Source: Mobula hypostoma (Eukaryota). Taken from it: a stretch of DNA of 64,000 nucleotides. The notes beneath the pieces are model-generated. The model was not told the origin of the DNA and did not search any database. It saw only the letters and a program-made list of their open reading frames with translations. The translations under genes were made by a program, and so were the position numbers. Where the stretch lies: positions 140,926,001 to 140,990,000 of the forward strand of contig NC_086097.1 of NCBI RefSeq assembly GCF_963921235.1. The letters are read 5' to 3'. Positions 59,521 through 64,000 of the stretch are shown here, piece by piece. The number at the start of each line of letters is the position of its first letter. Within the stretch, counting starts at the first letter, position 1.

Positions 59521-61431
59521 CAAATGGCGAAGTAAGTGATCCGGAGGTGTGGAAGAGACTGGGATTGGGTCTCCAGGTACCTCCTCATGGCGGAACGTGT
59601 CGCCCTCAGAGCTCGACGGGACAAACAACGGGAAGCAAAGTCAATTAAATGTGAGTACCTGGGATCCTCAGAAGGTCTAAATTGAGAGGCTCGAAAACGA
59701 ATCCTGAAGCCAACTGGAGTAAGTTGGCGGCGGAGACACGTTCCAAGGAAGGATATATGGCTGTAATAGCGGGGCTGGGTGCGAAAAGTTGAAGGGCCGA
59801 AGAAATCATAGATGGGCAGCGGTGAGAGGGGTTTCACTAAACTCCCGTCGAAGAGAAGATTTAAACTTCTTCTTTTCGTGTTTGCTATTCTGAAACATAT
59901 CGACTTTACAAAAGGGAAGGTGCTGAATTGCATCAAGGGGGATGCACTGCCAGGGCCAGGCAAGTGCATTCTATGACATTGCGGAAAGACAGAGAGAGGC
60001 ACGGTAGCGTAGAACAACGATGTATAGCACAAGTGACTTGGGTTCAATTCTCGCCACTGCCTGTAAGGAGTTTATACGCTCTCCAGGTGCTCCGCCGTCC
60101 TCCCACATTCCAAAGCAGGTTAGTCCTAACCCTACGTTCTTTCGTGATGATGCCAAGAATAAATCGGGGATTGTCGAGCGATGTAAACTCAAGGGCCGGA
60201 AGGGCCGATTCCGCGTTGCATCTCAATAAACAAATAAATAAACAAATCGTTGGGGACCTGGCAGAGATATTTCTATAACTGTTAGCCACGGGTGAGGTCA
60301 CAGAAGGGTATAAGGCGGCTAATGTGTTTGTTTGAGAAATAGTGTAACGACAAACTACACAATTACGGGGTGGGGTGGGGGGACCTAAAATCAGAGCCGG
60401 GAAATTTACACAAATTTATGGAATAAACCAGGAATTGGGTTTGAAACAGTTCATCGGAATAATCAGCATGCTATTGTGCGTGGGATATCATGTTAAGAAG
60501 TTAATTCTTTGAAGAGGTGTTAAAGAGGATCAAAGAGAGCAGGGTGGTGAAATTGACCAATTTGGTATTAGGAAGTTTTAACAGGAATCCTCATGGTACG
60601 ATGGTCCAGAAGATCAGATAACATGGGATTAAGTATAAGAGAGTCACTCGCATACAGACTTAGCCTGATGTTAACAGTCCAAGTGTGGTGTGCAATTTGG
60701 TCATTGGTGTTCCACAGGAACCATGCTGGCCCACTGTTAGTCATTACGGTCAGTGTGGACGAGTTACGCAGAAAGGCCCGTTTCCATGCTACGGGATCCC
60801 ACGAGTCTATGACTCTAACCCGGGTAAATACATTTATTTGGAGATTAGGGGAATCAAAAATTGGGAAAGCGGCACCAGACTTAAAGGTCAGACATGATCT
60901 TTATTAACCAGGAACACGAGGAAGGACGGACCGATCTGCTCCCATTTCCCCTAGTTTTAAATTCTCATCTCTGTGGCGTGCCGCGTCAACCCTCAGAATC
61001 TGAAGCGAGAACATTGTACTCACTCAGCGGGTCAAGTATCACCCATCGCTCTGGAGATTTCAGAGTTTTGAATAATCGGCACTAATGAGGGAGAAAATGT
61101 GAGACGGGAAAATACGAAAGGAATGTCGGAGGCAGAACGAGGAAGAAGAGAACCGGTTAAGGGCTAAAGTTACCTCTTTCTCGTGGATAGGAACTCGGAG
61201 ACAGGTTGGATAAACTTTAATATGACACATTACGTATTGCAAAGTTCTACATTCGCAGATTGGCGATAGAAACCACTGCTATTCGTCCTTCTTTCCAGTG
61301 AAAAGGACCGACGAAAGAAAATGTAAATGAAGGTAAAGGTGAAGGCCACACTGCGCAGGCGCCAAAACAACCTGCCTGTATCCGGACAGATGCTGATTTC
61401 ATCTAACGAGGCCCTGAGAGGAGCTAGTCCC

Positions 61432-61439
61432 CCGGAAGT
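61432..61439 (+). promoter_or_regulatory. Consensus Ets-family site just upstream of the V start codon
   Basis: CCGGAAGT, 14 nt before the ATG at 61454. Confidence 0.45.
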
Positions 61440-61453
61440 TTCACCGCCGCATC

Positions 61454-61858
61454 ATGTCGCTCTGTTCACTGCTTACCACCCTGGCGCTTTCCCTTGGTAA
61501 GTATGTCCACCACCGCTCCAGCTTTTTCCTTCAAGACAGCGTGGCTTCAGTGTCTTTTATTTGCAGCTGGATATCTGGCCGAGGAATTGAAGATGCCTCA
61601 CATTTCAATCACGAAGCCCGAGACGACGACGGTGAAGATACTGTGCGAGGTAAGGGCACTCGATGACATCCACTGGTACCAGCAACTCGCCAACCAGGCA
61701 CCCAGAAGGATCCTGCTCTTTAGCAAAGGTCGAACGGAGCGGGATCCGGGAGTGTCCGCCAAGTTCTCAGCCGAGGGCAGTGACCCTTTCTTCTCTCTTG
61801 TGATTGACAACATCGCCCTGACAGATGCCGCCATCTATTACTGTGCCCGCTGGGTCGG
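61454..61858 (+). CDS. TRGV: T-cell receptor gamma V segment, subgroup c, apparently functional
   Basis: Leader exon 61454-61496, GTAAGT..TTGCAG intron, V exon 61567-61858. Spliced: MSLCSLLTTLALSLAGYLA-EELKMPHISIT..LCEV..IHWYQQ..DAAIYYCARWVG. Confidence 0.9.
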
Positions 61859-61897
61859 CACAGTGTGAAGCGGCGGCAGAAAGGCGATACAAAAACC
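61859..61897 (+). other. Perfect-consensus 23-RSS
   Basis: CACAGTG (61859-61865), 23 nt, ACAAAAACC (61889-61897). Confidence 0.95.
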
Positions 61898-62770
61898 CCA
61901 GTCTCTCCTACCGCTCGACTGTTTCACCAGGGAAAGGAAACTTCATGGCATTGACCGGAGATGGAGGCAACGTTCCCACTAAACAAAAGGAATGTAATTC
62001 TATTCAGGGATCCAGTGCTGAAGCGGGAAGCGGCACGTGGTGCAGAAAACACAGGTGCGGCAGGTCTTCAGAACAGCTGACGGAAGATAGTTGTTTATTA
62101 CAAGCGCAATTTACTACAAAGTTAGCGAAGTTATACCCTGTGTACGGAGTCACACCTGGAATATCGTGTGCAGCATTGGTCCGGTCATTTAAGGATGTCA
62201 AACAGTTCAGATAGGGTTCACTGAAACGACAGGGTAAAGGGATGGTCAGGCCAGACTCACATCACCTGAGTTTTGAATAGTAAGTGAGATCTTCATGAAA
62301 CCGTATTATTCGCTGATCAATGTAGACAGTGAGGCGTGTCGACAGCATGTTGCTATTCGTGGGAGAGTCTAGAACGGGAGTCAGTGTTGAATGGTTGTTG
62401 TCCGTTAACGACAGAAATGAAGAGAGAGTTTCTCTCGAAAGTCTGACTCCTGGGAGCTCTTGGGCGAGCAGGGTCTTTGAATAATTTGAAGGCAGAGAAA
62501 GATTAATTATAGATAAGTGAAAGCGTGAAGGTTGCCCCGGGCAGTCGGAATGAGGAATTGAGTGTGGATCTCACCAAGGCATAACGGAAAGCTACAGCGA
62601 CGGGTGACTTCAGGTAGAAACGCCAAGTGCGTGTGGACAAGAATTCACCTGGGGGGTCACACTCAACTTCCTGCGGACAGCGGCTGGGTTGGGTTTCTGG
62701 GTCACGTGGGGGGGGGGGTGAGATCCGGATTGAAATTCAGCGCCGAGTCTGCATAGTAAAGGACAGGTCG

Positions 62771-62778
62771 TGACGTCA
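62771..62778. promoter_or_regulatory. Palindromic CRE (CREB/ATF site) in the V promoter
   Basis: TGACGTCA about 100 nt upstream of ATG 62879. CRE-like motifs are known in TCR V promoters, such as the TCR-beta decamer. Confidence 0.55.
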
Positions 62779-62878
62779 TCGCGCCAAAAGGAATCCGCAG
62801 TTTGCGGCTTCGAGAAGGAGTGAAGCGGTCGGCGGGATTTCAGTCACCTGGATCAACGCGACGCTCTGTCTCCCCAAC

Positions 62879-63313
62879 ATGAAGGTGTTGCTGACCGTCA
62901 TTTTATTGACCTCCTTTCTCGGTCACTGTTTAATCCCAGTTTTCCTTCGCCCTTCGTTACCACACTGTGGAATAATTCAAACACGTTGTATTATTTTCTC
63001 CCACAGGTAAAGTGGACCTTCAGATATTGACACAGACTCAATTATCGATCACCAGGTCTCCGACAGAACCTGTGCACTTTTACTGTGATATTCATCAAAT
63101 CGACTTTGCGGAAGCTGTTATACATTGGTACCGGCAGAGGCCGGGTCAAGGCCTGCAGCGGCTATTGTATTTTAAGAGTTCAGGGGACACTCAGAGGGAT
63201 GTGTCTGAAGAACGATTAATTGCGAGCAAAGTACCTGAGACTCAATCGTGCACTCTGCTCTTGTCGAATATAAACGAGGATGATTCCGGCACCTACTACT
63301 GCGCTTACTGGTA
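62879..63313 (+). CDS. TRGV: T-cell receptor gamma V segment, subgroup d, open reading frame intact (splice donor weak)
   Basis: Leader exon 62879-62921 (MKVLLTVILLTSFL), donor GTCACT, acceptor CCACAG at 63006, V exon 63007-63313: GKVDL-QILTQTQLSIT..FYCD..IHWYRQRPGQG..DSGTYYCAYW. Confidence 0.85.
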
Positions 63314-63352
63314 CACAGTGGCCAAATGCGAAGGGAAGCCAGTACATAAACC
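63314..63352 (+). other. 23-RSS
   Basis: CACAGTG (63314-63320), 23 nt, ACATAAACC (63344-63352). Confidence 0.92.
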
Positions 63353-64000
63353 CATCGGGTACCTTGTGCATAACGTGTTCACTGGTTCCACTCCAAGTAA
63401 CAGGTGTGATGCCTCACGATCTCGGCGAACATCTGAGTTTAACGAATGCTATTCCTTGTTTTAAACCACGGTGCAATTTGCATTTTACTTTATAGCTTCG
63501 TTGAATAAAGCTGTTTTCAATAAATTTGCGATGGACTATTAAAGTGGTTCTAAATTTCATGATTGAATATGAGTCAAGAGTCTAAAAAGCTACTGACGCT
63601 CACAGAAAACCTGGTCGGGCGATCACAAAGAGCCAAAACTCCAGTCCAATTGTCCCTGATCTGAGCTTGGGTTATGGAACTGTACATACGCAAACCGGTC
63701 ATTCGGGCCATTTTCTAACTTGCATTTATCTCATTGGTCTGCCTTTCAAAGTTATCTAGCACGGAAACGTCCTTCTTCCCAAGTCATTCATTGTGACGAT
63801 CACTATAGCTGTGCGCACATGATTTTATATACCACCATATCTCTTCCAAAGCCTCCTACTCTCTAGGGATAAAACCTAACTCTATCCAGACTCTCCATAT
63901 AACAAAGGTGCTTCTGTCCCGTTAACATCCTTGTGAATCTTCTCTGCACCATAAGGGCATCCTTCATACAGCGAGGCGATCAGACATGAACAGCATACTC

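Larger units (their letters stand above)
52647..64000 (+). repeat. Segmental duplication copy B of the V cassette (paralog of 15190-25900), running to the window end
   Basis: Same anchors as copy A. It carries three intact V genes. Confidence 0.9.

Noticed and set aside
62963-62969. CACTGTG heptamer in the leader intron (also CACTGTG at 15481 and CACACTG at 46826) as D/J-type RSS
   Set aside because: No nonamer at a 12- or 23-nt distance and no FGxG J coding sequence follows.
63225-63265. Extra Cys in FR3 (ETQSCTLLL) as a novel disulfide
   Set aside because: There is no partner Cys in the germline segment, and as far as I recall a Cys at this strand-E position occurs in other vertebrate TRGV genes.
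1-64000. D, J or C segments, further V genes on either strand, tRNA or rRNA genes
   Set aside because: I found no 12-RSS plus FGxG, no C-domain exon and no additional YYC motif with V context. tRNA-like boxes occur only as SINE heads.

Overview
Vertebrate genomic DNA, most likely from a cartilaginous fish (ray or shark; inferred from the repeat families and V-gene style). The window is part of the germline variable-segment array of a T-cell receptor locus, almost certainly TCR gamma, because every segment has HWY in FR2 and ends YYCAxW before a 23-type RSS. On the + strand there are five intact-looking V genes from four subgroups (ATGs at 16408, 42941, 56548, 61454, 62879; each has a leader exon, a phase-1 intron, a V exon and an RSS) and one V pseudogene (24938-25224). 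No D, J or C segment was found. Two regions (about 15.2-25.9 kb and 52.6-64 kb) are old paralogous copies of one V cassette; the first copy lost about 1.7 kb, which removed one V gene and the leader of another. Most of the remaining DNA is transposon-derived: nested CR1 LINEs (one essentially full length, with a zinc-finger/esterase ORF1), a Penelope-like element with an intact hammerhead ribozyme, Rex1-like LINE fragments, V-SINE/HE1-like SINEs, a Tc1 DD34E transposon, a hAT-Charlie derivative and LTR-like repeats. The most novel-looking signal is in the CR1 elements. ORF1 ends on a coronavirus-type slippery heptamer (U UUA AAC, then a stop codon), and the -1 frame runs directly into the ORF2 endonuclease with no usable AUG. 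This suggests programmed -1 ribosomal frameshifting. All alignments and counts were done by eye, and repeat boundaries are approximate unless junction bases are quoted.
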